A stretch of DNA of 64,000 nucleotides, from contig CAYRNA010000001.1 of NCBI GenBank assembly GCA_964425555.1, positions 21,936-85,935 on the forward strand. Reading direction: 5' to 3'. The translations under genes were made by a program, and so were the position numbers. The stretch comes from an uncultured Spirochaetales bacterium. GTDB lineage: Bacteria > Spirochaetota > Spirochaetia > SP-2023 > CAYRNA01. Under the pieces are notes generated by a model. The model was not told the DNA's origin, ran no database searches, and was given only the letters and a program-made list of their open reading frames with translations. How positions within the stretch are numbered: position 1 is the first letter of the stretch; each line of letters opens with the position of its first letter. Shown piece by piece: positions 10,607-19,617 of the stretch.

Positions 10607-12119
10607 TTAAGTCATTTTTTAAATCAATTAAATAACTTTTCACTTGTTCTTCTGTGCGATTTTCTTCTTGCTTGCGTTGCTTGTCATCGGCTATTTTTTG
10701 AGCGCTCAAATATTTGTCTGTGTTCAAAAAATAAAGCAATTCGGGCAGGCTTTCATTGAGCTTGGTGCTGACAAAATAATCGAGGGTTTTCAGTAATATA
10801 TTCTGGCGAAAATTCTGACTATCATAAGGTAAAGGCTCAATGCTGGGTTGCGATTTTTGTGCAAGGAATTGACTGAGATCGCTTGTGTCATAAATATTGG
10901 TGAAGTTTTGTATTTCTACGTGCGACGGCGAGTAGCGGTAGCACATTTGCTTAAAATAGCTTTCTTGGTTGAACCAGCGGGCATAAATTTGCATGGGATT
11001 TTCTTTGGTGTTCTGCGCGTCATAATGGTATTTGAAGTCATAAAAATGGTTCATTAAGGGAGCGAGCTTTTCGCTCCTTTGCGCAAGAATATTGTAAGAA
11101 GTCGAAGGGATAACATGAGATTTGAGGTCGTCAAAACAAAGATCAAAGCCAAAAGAAATGATTTTGTTGTACTTTTGCAGGTGGCACCATTCTATGGCTG
11201 TGGCGAGCACTGTTCCTTTTTCTGCGATGAAAGGCAGCGGCCATTTGAGCATTTTCATAAGGAAATAGTCGAGCTGATTTGATGTTGCAAAGGGGATTTG
11301 TGCGTCCAAGTGGGGCGGTAGAGCTGCCAATAAAGGGGCAATAACAAGGGGTGATTTGCCTGATTTTTCGTCCTGCTTCATCACTCTGTCCAGATGGCGT
11401 TTTGCCCAATATCCTGCATCCGTAGAAATAATATAATCGGGAGAAATGCCCCATTCGCATAAGGCTTCAAAGGCAGAGGGCAAACACAGAATATCTAGCT
11501 TGGCTTGATTTTCCGCCAACCAAGGCAATGATTTTTGCAGGCTTGGTCCTGAGGCAACGATGGCAATGGCACGCCACTTTGAATCACCTGTCAATTGAAG
11601 GAATACGGGTCTGTGATAGATGTTTTTAACCGTATTATTAAACCAGCGTTGACCAAAACCATTGGTCGTATAAATATTTTGCTTAAGCAATGTAAGCGTT
11701 GCCAACAGTGCATTATAAATTTCTTCGTACAAGGGCGTCAAAATTTTAGTGATGGCGGGCCAAACCATAATTTCTAATTGCGGTAAATGATGCTCTTTTA
11801 GTTCCTTCAAAATGAAGCTATTCAGGTTCTTATCATTTTTATAGACAATATGAGCATCAGAAATTTCAAGCGTCGTTAAATCGTAGGCTTCTTGTGAAAA
11901 TAAAATGGTAATGATTTTATGATTGGGATAGGCTTTTTTCACCGCTTGGAAAAAATAGCCAAAACCGAGATCCATAACAATAATCGTTTTATTTGTTGGT
12001 AGCGGTTTCAAGCTGGCGAGATAGTCTTCGGCTTCTTTCATAGGTTTATACGAAGAATGCAACCACTGTTTTTTTTCTTTGGCGGTGTGTAATCCGTCTT
12101 TGCTTGTAAAAAATTCCAT
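10584..12119 (-). CDS. Motility accessory factor-like protein (Maf, DUF115 family)
   Basis: 511 aa. The core is AIAIVASGPSLQKSLPWLAENQAKLDILCLPSAFEALCEWGISPDYIISTDAGYW. It is the first gene of the long minus-strand gene train and is divergent from dnaA. Confidence 0.7.
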   Translation of the reverse strand: MEFFTSKDGLHTAKEKKQWLHSSYKPMKEAEDYLASLKPLPTNKTIIVMDLGFGYFFQAVKKAYPNHKIITILFSQEAYDLTTLEISDAHIVYKNDKNLNSFILKELKEHHLPQLEIMVWPAITKILTPLYEEIYNALLATLTLLKQNIYTTNGFGQRWFNNTVKNIYHRPVFLQLTGDSKWRAIAIVASGPSLQKSLPWLAENQAKLDILCLPSAFEALCEWGISPDYIISTDAGYWAKRHLDRVMKQDEKSGKSPLVIAPLLAALPPHLDAQIPFATSNQLDYFLMKMLKWPLPFIAEKGTVLATAIEWCHLQKYNKIISFGFDLCFDDLKSHVIPSTSYNILAQRSEKLAPLMNHFYDFKYHYDAQNTKENPMQIYARWFNQESYFKQMCYRYSPSHVEIQNFTNIYDTSDLSQFLAQKSQPSIEPLPYDSQNFRQNILLKTLDYFVSTKLNESLPELLYFLNTDKYLSAQKIADDKQRKQEENRTEEQVKSYLIDLKNDLIASKSDG

Positions 12120-12452
12120 AGGCTTTTCAATTGAGTATTTTGTTCAAATTCATAGAGAAAATGTTAGTTTTACTCGTTAATCTCCTATGAATACAGCCTA
12201 AGTCAAACAGGCCATGATCTGATGTTTATGAGTCAAAAATATACGTTAAATAGTAAACAAATAGAACTTTTCATTCAATACGAAGAACAAAAGTCAACGA
12301 AGCCATCCTTATATTAATGCTTGAGCATAATATATTTTATCATCATAGTCCTCTTTCCTATTTGTTTATAAAAAATAGTGGTATTTGGTCTTGCAAAAAT
12401 ACCTATTTCTCGCATACTTTATTCTGTTTCTTAAAAGAAGTTTTTAAAAATT

Positions 12453-13868
12453 ATGCCAGACAACTTATCGAATATTTTAGTGAGCTCATTGAATAACCTT
12501 GACGGAACCAACACTCGTATTGTTCAAACAGGAACAAAGCTAGTGATGCAAGGCGAAGATCTTGTGCTCATCGTGCAAAGTAGCTTCATGGAAAAGCAGT
12601 TGAGATCTATTATGGATCCTCTTTTAAAAGAAATTCGCAGTTGTGACGAAAATGCTCAATGGCAGAAAAAAGTGGATGGCGTAGTGATCAAAATACAAGC
12701 CGATGCCTTTATCGCCGATGATAGCGAAGAAGATCTTGCTGAATTTGAAGAGACTCCAGTGGTGAGAAAAACGCATATTCTGCCCGTAGAAGATGAACGA
12801 CTTTCTGAAATAGCGCGACTTGTAAACCGACATTCTCTCTCCTTAGAATCAGATAAAACATTCCCCAACTTCATCGCTTCTCGTCAAAATTTGAATTCTT
12901 TTAAGCGAGCAAAAAGCTTTGCCAATGATGAGAAAAAAAGTCTTTTCATTTATGGCCCTGTGGGTATGGGAAAGACGCATTTAATGCAAGCCATAGCCCA
13001 CAATGCCCTAGCCGAACGGCCTCACTCCAAATTTTTATACCTTCAAGCCTCTGGTTTCACCGATATTTATTTTGAATGTGTCAAATCTAAAAAGCTAGAA
13101 CCGCTCAAAAATTATTTTAAAGAGCTCGATTTTTGCCTTATCGACGACATTCATACTCTGAAAAGAAGTGAAAAACTCGAAGATTTTTTGTTCCAAGTTT
13201 TCAACTTTAATCGTTCACAAAATAAATGGTTTGTTTTTACTTGCGATGTGCCTCCCACACGTTTAGACGAAATGGCTGAACGACTCACGAGCCGCTTTAG
13301 TGAAGGCTGCGTGCTCAACCTTCATGCGCCAGACTATACCACGCAAAAGGGTATTATAGAAAATCGCATCAAATTGTACGAAAAAAATAATACACCCATT
13401 CCTTATGACCCTAAAATTGTCGCAAAACTATCGCAAATTGATTATAACAATGTCAGAACGCTCATTGGCGCCTTTGATAATATCTGGAGTTATGCAGAAG
13501 TACTGGAAAATCCCTATATTGATCAAACTGTTTTAGATGAATCCAATGCTTTAGAAGCGATAAAAGAAGACAAAAGACTGACGACAAAGCATATCATTGC
13601 CATTGTTTCAGAGAACCGTTTGGTGAGTGTTGATGATATCATGGGTGATAAACGACAGCAAACTATAGCTTTGGCACGGCATATTTGTGCCTATTTCATT
13701 CACGAATTAATGGAACTTTCTTTGGGCGAAGTTGCCAGAAGTTTGAATAAAAAAGATCATACCACAGCCGATAATTCTATCAAAAAAGTCAAAACAAAGA
13801 TGTCTGATGATTATAATTTTCAGGTAGAAATGGACCAGTTACGCCGTTTAATCGTAGAACGAAATTGA
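12453..13868 (+). CDS. dnaA: Chromosomal replication initiator protein DnaA
   Basis: 471 aa. Walker A IYGPVGMGKTHLMQAI, Walker B CLIDDIHTL, sensor region, and C-terminal DNA-binding domain KRQQTIALARHICAYFIHEL...KDHTTADNSIKKV. Confidence 0.95.
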   Translation: MPDNLSNILVSSLNNLDGTNTRIVQTGTKLVMQGEDLVLIVQSSFMEKQLRSIMDPLLKEIRSCDENAQWQKKVDGVVIKIQADAFIADDSEEDLAEFEETPVVRKTHILPVEDERLSEIARLVNRHSLSLESDKTFPNFIASRQNLNSFKRAKSFANDEKKSLFIYGPVGMGKTHLMQAIAHNALAERPHSKFLYLQASGFTDIYFECVKSKKLEPLKNYFKELDFCLIDDIHTLKRSEKLEDFLFQVFNFNRSQNKWFVFTCDVPPTRLDEMAERLTSRFSEGCVLNLHAPDYTTQKGIIENRIKLYEKNNTPIPYDPKIVAKLSQIDYNNVRTLIGAFDNIWSYAEVLENPYIDQTVLDESNALEAIKEDKRLTTKHIIAIVSENRLVSVDDIMGDKRQQTIALARHICAYFIHELMELSLGEVARSLNKKDHTTADNSIKKVKTKMSDDYNFQVEMDQLRRLIVERN

Positions 13869-13881
13869 GTTAATATATTAT

Positions 13882-15222
13882 ATGTGTCAGCGTCAAGATA
13901 TATTAGAACACTTAGACCGTCACTATGACCAGCCTATTCGAGATCCTTTATGGAAACATATTTATTTCTCATCGGCTATGATGAAGCTGGTCTCACACCC
14001 CGTATTTCAGCGACTCAATGGTCTCAAGCAATTAGGCTCAGCGGTTTTGCTCTATCCTGGAGCCACTCACACACGATTTAATCACAGTCTTGGCGTATTT
14101 CATGTCGCAAAACGCATCATACGAACATTGTGTAACTCAGATAAATTGCCCAATTATATTACCCTCGAAGGCGTGAAATCCTTTTTAAGTGCCTCTTTGT
14201 TGCACGATATTGGCCATTTTCCCCATGCGCATTCTTTTGTGGGCTATGACCTCAAAGAGCACGAACAACTGTCTGGAGAATACGTTATTAACACCAGTTT
14301 AAAAGCAATTTTAGAAAAGGACGTGGGCTGTTCTGCTGTCATGGTGCAGAGCATTATCGACTTGGATATTCCTTTGCAAAGCCAAAAGGAAAATGAGAAA
14401 CAAATTACTTTTTTTCGCCATTTGTTGTCGGGTTCGCTTGATCCTGACAAATTGGATTACCTCAATAGAGATGCCTTTTTTTGCGGTGTCCCCTATGGTT
14501 TGCAAGATGTTGATTTCATCATTTCGCAGATGCAACCCATAGCCACAGGTGATAGCGGTTTTAGCCTGCCGCCGAGTGGAATTATGATTATAGAGCATCT
14601 TCTCTTTTCCAAATATCTGATGTATAAAACGGTTTATTGGCACAAAACTGTGAGCATTTCAACCGCTCTTGTGCGTAAAGCGATTAGGCTAGATCTCCAA
14701 AGAAAAAAAATTGACGCGGCCCATCTCTATCAGATGACGGATGCGGATTTTTATAATTACTATGAAAACCACGAAGACAAAGATATTGTCGAACTGATAC
14801 ACGAATCACAAAATCCATGGAATTATACCACGGTCGTAGATCAAGAATTTGATGAAAATATAAGCAGTCATCGCCGTATTGAAGATGTAAAATATCGTGA
14901 TGAATTGAGCATGCGATTACAACAGGTTTTGCACGAAAAACTCCATTTACCTTTGAGCGACTGCGCTGTCTTTATTGATGTGGCGCCGGCCATGTCCTTT
15001 GAATTTGATATTAATATCAGAGATGACGACAAAGAAGCCAACCTTGTATTAGCCAAAGAGAAAAATTCTGTTTTTAACGATGATATTGTCCAGAAATTCA
15101 CGCAAGTGTTGCGCCGTATACGCTTTATCGTCAAACGAAAAATTGTAGAGCTTGATAGCGACACTAGAAAGAAAATCATTGAGATAATAGCAGCACAAAT
15201 GAACATCAACCGCGAGGACTAA
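13882..15222 (+). CDS. HD-domain dNTP triphosphohydrolase-like protein (SAMHD1/EF1143/COG1078 type)
   Basis: 446 aa. Motifs TRFNHSLGVFHVAKR, LLHDIGHFPHAH and DPDKLDYLNRDAFFCGVPYG match the H...HD...D signature and the DxxDYLxRD block of this family. It starts 13 nt after the dnaA stop. Confidence 0.8.
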   Translation: MCQRQDILEHLDRHYDQPIRDPLWKHIYFSSAMMKLVSHPVFQRLNGLKQLGSAVLLYPGATHTRFNHSLGVFHVAKRIIRTLCNSDKLPNYITLEGVKSFLSASLLHDIGHFPHAHSFVGYDLKEHEQLSGEYVINTSLKAILEKDVGCSAVMVQSIIDLDIPLQSQKENEKQITFFRHLLSGSLDPDKLDYLNRDAFFCGVPYGLQDVDFIISQMQPIATGDSGFSLPPSGIMIIEHLLFSKYLMYKTVYWHKTVSISTALVRKAIRLDLQRKKIDAAHLYQMTDADFYNYYENHEDKDIVELIHESQNPWNYTTVVDQEFDENISSHRRIEDVKYRDELSMRLQQVLHEKLHLPLSDCAVFIDVAPAMSFEFDINIRDDDKEANLVLAKEKNSVFNDDIVQKFTQVLRRIRFIVKRKIVELDSDTRKKIIEIIAAQMNINRED

Positions 15223-15225
15223 GGC

Positions 15226-15759
15226 ATGAAATTGATAGAATATCAACAGAAAGCTCTGAATACGGCTGTCTATCAAAATAGCTTGCAGGCAAAAATGTGT
15301 TGTCGCTTGGGTCTTTTAGGCGAAATCGGCGAGGTTTGTGAGCTGTTTAAAAAAGATTTACGTGGTGATAATGACGCCTTATTTCGCACAAAGTTGGTGT
15401 ATGAATTGGGTGATATCATGTGGTATAGTGTCAGTTTTTGCCACTATCATGACATAGATTTACCGCAGCATTCTTTTATTCTTACGCAAGACAAGGACAA
15501 TGATTCTGGAGAACAAGAGCAGAATTATCTGAATCATTATTCGCTAGAAGAAAAAATTGCACTCTATGATAGAATCTCACTCAAGCTTTCTCTTTTGGGC
15601 CAATCATTTTTAGATTTACAGCCTAATTTTACTCTCTTTTTTGACGAAATATTGCCTCTTTTACAGCTTGATATAGCCTATATTCTTACGCAAAATATCA
15701 ATAAATTAGCCAAAAGATATCAGCAAAAGAAACTCCACGGCAGTGGCTCATTGCGTTAA
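15226..15759 (+). CDS. MazG-like all-alpha nucleoside triphosphate pyrophosphohydrolase
   Basis: 177 aa. Contains EYQQKALNTAVY, LGLLGEIGEVCELFKK, ELGDIMWY and a C-terminal NINKLAKRYQQKKLHGSGSLR. There is an acidic insertion between the two halves. It starts 3 nt after the HD gene stop. Confidence 0.7.
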   Translation: MKLIEYQQKALNTAVYQNSLQAKMCCRLGLLGEIGEVCELFKKDLRGDNDALFRTKLVYELGDIMWYSVSFCHYHDIDLPQHSFILTQDKDNDSGEQEQNYLNHYSLEEKIALYDRISLKLSLLGQSFLDLQPNFTLFFDEILPLLQLDIAYILTQNINKLAKRYQQKKLHGSGSLR

Positions 15760-15765
15760 GAGATT

Positions 15766-16569
15766 CTATTGCGTTTCTAAAGATGTAAGCAAATCAATTT
15801 CTTTGAATCTTAATTTTTTATACAATGCAATGGCATTACGATTGCTTTTATTGACAAATAAAATGGTCTTTTGACCCTGCTTTTTACCGTCTTCGATAAC
15901 GAAATCAACCAACATGCTCGCCAAACCTCGACCCCTGTATTCAGCAAGAGTGTAGACGCTACCAATTTGCCTAAAGTGGGGCGAAGAAGCGTTGATCGCT
16001 ATTTGTGCCACACATTTTTTGTTGTCCATCATGGACCACACAGAATAATTTTCAATTTGTCTCAATATATGTTTTTGCACAAATGAGTGAGACACAGTGC
16101 GACCGGGATAGGTTTCTTCTTCCAAATACAATTTGCTCAAAGGCGCTAATTTATCTATATCTTTTTTTTGAATGCGAACAATGGGGAAGGGAAGCGGATT
16201 TTTCGTAGTTCTATCTTGAAGAAAATTAACTTCCATCAGGCTATATTCTTTAAGGAAAAAGTGAGGATGAGACAGCTTTTTCTGCAATCTTTTGATCACG
16301 CTGTCAGACCCCATAAAAAAAGATTTTCTAGAAAATTGAATACCTTCAAATAATCTATCAATATCAGAATTTGAACGTTGTTGAGCTGGGTCTGCGATAA
16401 AATAATAGCTATTCAGTGCTACTTTAACTCGTGCGGCTTGTATATCAGGCAGAAACAATAAATTGTCAGCGTTAAAATTTTGCGAGTGAATATAATCTAC
16501 CAAATATAAATTGTATTTTCCTTTTAAAGTGCAAAAATGAGTGAAATCATCATTTTTAAACAAGCTCAT
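15766..16569 (-). CDS. GNAT-family N-acetyltransferase with an extra N-terminal domain
   Basis: The C-terminal GNAT core is QIGSVYTLAEYRGRGLASMLVDFVIEDGKKQG...NAIALYKKLRFKE. The track ORF 15766..16677 is trimmed to ATG 16569 (MSLFKNDDF), which lies just after the upstream gene stop at 16574. The longer version would overlap that gene by about 100 nt. Confidence 0.65.
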   Translation of the reverse strand: MSLFKNDDFTHFCTLKGKYNLYLVDYIHSQNFNADNLLFLPDIQAARVKVALNSYYFIADPAQQRSNSDIDRLFEGIQFSRKSFFMGSDSVIKRLQKKLSHPHFFLKEYSLMEVNFLQDRTTKNPLPFPIVRIQKKDIDKLAPLSKLYLEEETYPGRTVSHSFVQKHILRQIENYSVWSMMDNKKCVAQIAINASSPHFRQIGSVYTLAEYRGRGLASMLVDFVIEDGKKQGQKTILFVNKSNRNAIALYKKLRFKEIDLLTSLETQ

Positions 16570-16573
16570 AAAT

Positions 16574-17359
16574 TTAGATATTGGCTCTTTTAAAATTTGC
16601 AATTCTAAAATCCATGAGCATGGTCTCAATGGCACTTGCCAAACCTCGTGCCACCATATTTTCTGGATTGGCATCAATAATAATATTAACTTGATCGAGA
16701 ATTTCTATGAGAAAAAAAGCGGTATCTTTAAGGGCATTTTGACTTTCAGTAATAATCTCTTCTTTTGTCCCCTTGCTTCTCAGTACTCTAAGGTAGCGTT
16801 CTAAAGCATAGGGGGGCTGATCAGTGCGAGAAGAAACAAAAGAAAGAAATTTGTCCTCAATACTAGTAAGGGCCAAAGTACTGCCTGATGGCAAGCTCGT
16901 CGTCAATATAATTTCCTTAAACTCTTCCCAATGCTGTTCATGAAACTGTTTTATTCCCCCAAATAAATGGGCCAATTCATCAGAAGCGTTGGCTGGAAGT
17001 TTTAATTTAGGATAGTGTTTTATTTGACTTTTATATTCACCCAGTATCTTATCGATAGCAGATTTTTCTTTCTCTTGAGCTATTTGTTCATTTCTATTCT
17101 CATCTCTGTTTTTTATTCTAAACTCGAGATGATTGAATAATTCATCAAGCATTCCTTCTTCTGTTTTAATGAATGTTTTCATGGGGACTTTGTTTTCTAG
17201 AGCATAACGGTAACGGTTAAAGTAAGCTTCTAGCACTCCCGAATGATTTTTTTCATCGAGAATCTTATATTCTTCTACGAGCCTTTCGAGTTCAGATTCC
17301 GTTGATTTTGGGAGTGAAAATAAGTTTTTTTTAGGTTTTTGCATAGGAATCTTCCTCAC
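16574..17359 (-). CDS. Hypothetical protein (predicted helical, no recognised family)
   Basis: 261-aa ORF abutting the upstream gene (17360) with no gap. It has a charged, helical-looking composition. I recognise no motif. Confidence 0.45.
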   Translation of the reverse strand: MRKIPMQKPKKNLFSLPKSTESELERLVEEYKILDEKNHSGVLEAYFNRYRYALENKVPMKTFIKTEEGMLDELFNHLEFRIKNRDENRNEQIAQEKEKSAIDKILGEYKSQIKHYPKLKLPANASDELAHLFGGIKQFHEQHWEEFKEIILTTSLPSGSTLALTSIEDKFLSFVSSRTDQPPYALERYLRVLRSKGTKEEIITESQNALKDTAFFLIEILDQVNIIIDANPENMVARGLASAIETMLMDFRIANFKRANI

Positions 17360-19357
17360 TTATGCTAGTTGAATTTGAATTCCTAGTCGCAGCTCATCAC
17401 CAGAGTATAAGTCACTCTGGCGAGACAAGGCGGTGATTAAAAAGCCTTGCTGTTCTTGTATCATATTTTTGCTATTTATATTGTAGTAGGTACTAAAAAT
17501 ATTTTCAATAACAAGTGTCATAGGTACAGACCATTTAAAAAATTTCTTGCGTATGCTAGGATGGCGATTTTTCTGTTTTGTAAGGTTCATTTCTAAGGCG
17601 CAAACATTATGATACACCTGAATATTTTTAGATAAATCGATGGAAAATTGGCTGTTTTCATGGTCATGAACATAGAGCTGGCAACTTTCCTGCGAATAAT
17701 CAGGCAATGAAATAGCGTGTTGCATTCCTAAATAAATGTTTTGAATGGACTTGGGCGTTTTGTTTTGAAAATGATATTTTGCATCAATATGATGCTCTTC
17801 AAAGTGGTATTCTTTGTTAATTTCCCAAGCATAGTTTTTTTCATTGAGCTTGATTTTAGGGTCGTCTAAATGAAATGTATGCGGTTTTTTGCCTTTTTCG
17901 TAAGGCTGAGAGGCAAAAGAATGCGACGCTCCATGACCATCACTTGCTAAAATTCCCCGCTCTAAATCATAATCGCCATCAACAATAATATCTTGAAAAT
18001 AGCTTCTATCCATAGAAACTTTCTGTGGCTCTTCGTTGTATAATTCGGGATAATTTTGATGCGTACAAGCGTAATTTAAATGCAACTTTAAATCAAGCAA
18101 TTGAGTCAGAGCGCCACCCATTGCATCAAGACGCGCGAGGTATTGCTTAGAATTAGGGACGATGGCATTATCCAGCGAACGGTGCGTTTTTTTCGTGTTA
18201 TTTTCTTTTAAAATTTTCATGAGCAGAGCGCAGAATTGGTCATAAAATTCATGTCTCAGCGTACTATTATAAATACCGCCATTGGGGGCATACCAGTAAA
18301 ATGAATGCTTGCTCAAGTTGTTTAGATTTGTTTCAAAGCGAGCGCTCGCTTTCGCCTTTGTTTTTTTGGGTAATTGAGACAAGAGCAAAAAATCCTTGAG
18401 CATCTTGCGCCCTTCGTAAGAAGCAACGATGGCTTGCAACTCACTTCCTGGATAGGCTTCCTTTAAATCGGTCTTGATCTGCTCTTTATTATTAGCATTG
18501 AGGTGCATTTCCAACCATTTCATTCTATAACTGCGACTAGGCGCACTGAGGTACAAAGAGGGGAGAGATTTCAGAGAAGCGAGCGATTCTGCAAAAAGTT
18601 CTGCGGGATTGCGCAACTGTAAATCGGGATGTTCTTTGATGCACGCTACAAGTTCTCTAAACTGCTCTATGCTTAGCATTTTAGTTGCGGAATTAAACTC
18701 AAAATGCAAGGTGACGACACTGTCTTCTTGAGCTGCTGCTAGGTCTTTGATGCGAGCGAGTATATCGGCATTTTCCCTGATGTTATCATTTTCGTCACGG
18801 ACAAGATCGTTGGAATAGGGCACGGCAAGCAATTGCGAGTCGCCCATAGAAAAAGAGTGGAATTTAGTGCAACTACTGAGGCTATAATTATTTTCAAGCA
18901 TGTGCTTGTGATCGATGAAGATCGTTTGAATTTTGTGTGAAATCCAACTTTTTACCTGAATGCTGGAGTTATAAATTCCAGGGTAATAAAGGCCTTTAGG
19001 CTGAGAGCTGAAGTAATCTGTACTCAATTTGGTGTTGTATTCTTCATGCGCATTTTTGGTGCTGACAATATCTCGTATGCCCAGAAAAGCTTCGTGCGGA
19101 ATCCCTGAAAGCCCATAAATACGATTTGCTTTCGCAAGTGAGCTGATGTGCGGACGCATACCTGCATTTTTATCTTCAAGCGCAAAAAGAAAGGAATAAT
19201 TCAAGTACAAAGCGCACGAAAGAGACACATCCTTTTTAATTTCTTGCAACAAAGGAAGCATGCCTTCCTTGAGTATTTTCTTTCTTGCGGATATTGAAAG
19301 AGACTCAATGTGCGGTGAAAAATTAAAGTTAAAGATAATGCTTGTCATGCTCTCCAT
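17360..19357 (-). CDS. Hypothetical 665-aa protein; the N-terminus weakly resembles the GH57/polysaccharide-deacetylase-type barrel
   Basis: Long uninterrupted ORF and first gene of a 3-gene minus-strand unit. The N-terminal pattern IIFNFNFSPH...GMLPLLQEIKKDVSLSCALYLNYSFLFALED resembles the GH57 opening (HxHQP...LPLL...ISGsLLeqL), but the HQP motif is not conserved. The functional call is weak. Confidence 0.4.
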   Translation of the reverse strand: MESMTSIIFNFNFSPHIESLSISARKKILKEGMLPLLQEIKKDVSLSCALYLNYSFLFALEDKNAGMRPHISSLAKANRIYGLSGIPHEAFLGIRDIVSTKNAHEEYNTKLSTDYFSSQPKGLYYPGIYNSSIQVKSWISHKIQTIFIDHKHMLENNYSLSSCTKFHSFSMGDSQLLAVPYSNDLVRDENDNIRENADILARIKDLAAAQEDSVVTLHFEFNSATKMLSIEQFRELVACIKEHPDLQLRNPAELFAESLASLKSLPSLYLSAPSRSYRMKWLEMHLNANNKEQIKTDLKEAYPGSELQAIVASYEGRKMLKDFLLLSQLPKKTKAKASARFETNLNNLSKHSFYWYAPNGGIYNSTLRHEFYDQFCALLMKILKENNTKKTHRSLDNAIVPNSKQYLARLDAMGGALTQLLDLKLHLNYACTHQNYPELYNEEPQKVSMDRSYFQDIIVDGDYDLERGILASDGHGASHSFASQPYEKGKKPHTFHLDDPKIKLNEKNYAWEINKEYHFEEHHIDAKYHFQNKTPKSIQNIYLGMQHAISLPDYSQESCQLYVHDHENSQFSIDLSKNIQVYHNVCALEMNLTKQKNRHPSIRKKFFKWSVPMTLVIENIFSTYYNINSKNMIQEQQGFLITALSRQSDLYSGDELRLGIQIQLA

Positions 19358-19617
19358 TATGTACTAAACAATTTGAAAATAAAGTATTGAAACAGACATT
19401 TTTTATTTACACAAAAAAAACAGAACGAGATATCAACTTATTTAGTACCTTTAAAATACTGTAACACTGTATCTAGTTTTTTGTTGTGAAAATTTGTGGG
19501 CTTTATTTTTATGGTGTTTTTTTCTAGATTTTTTTAGCTATTAAAGCTATTATTAAGACATTATATTCACATTAAATGACATAACAATAGTTAATGTTTT
19601 CGGGGGCTATTCATCAG

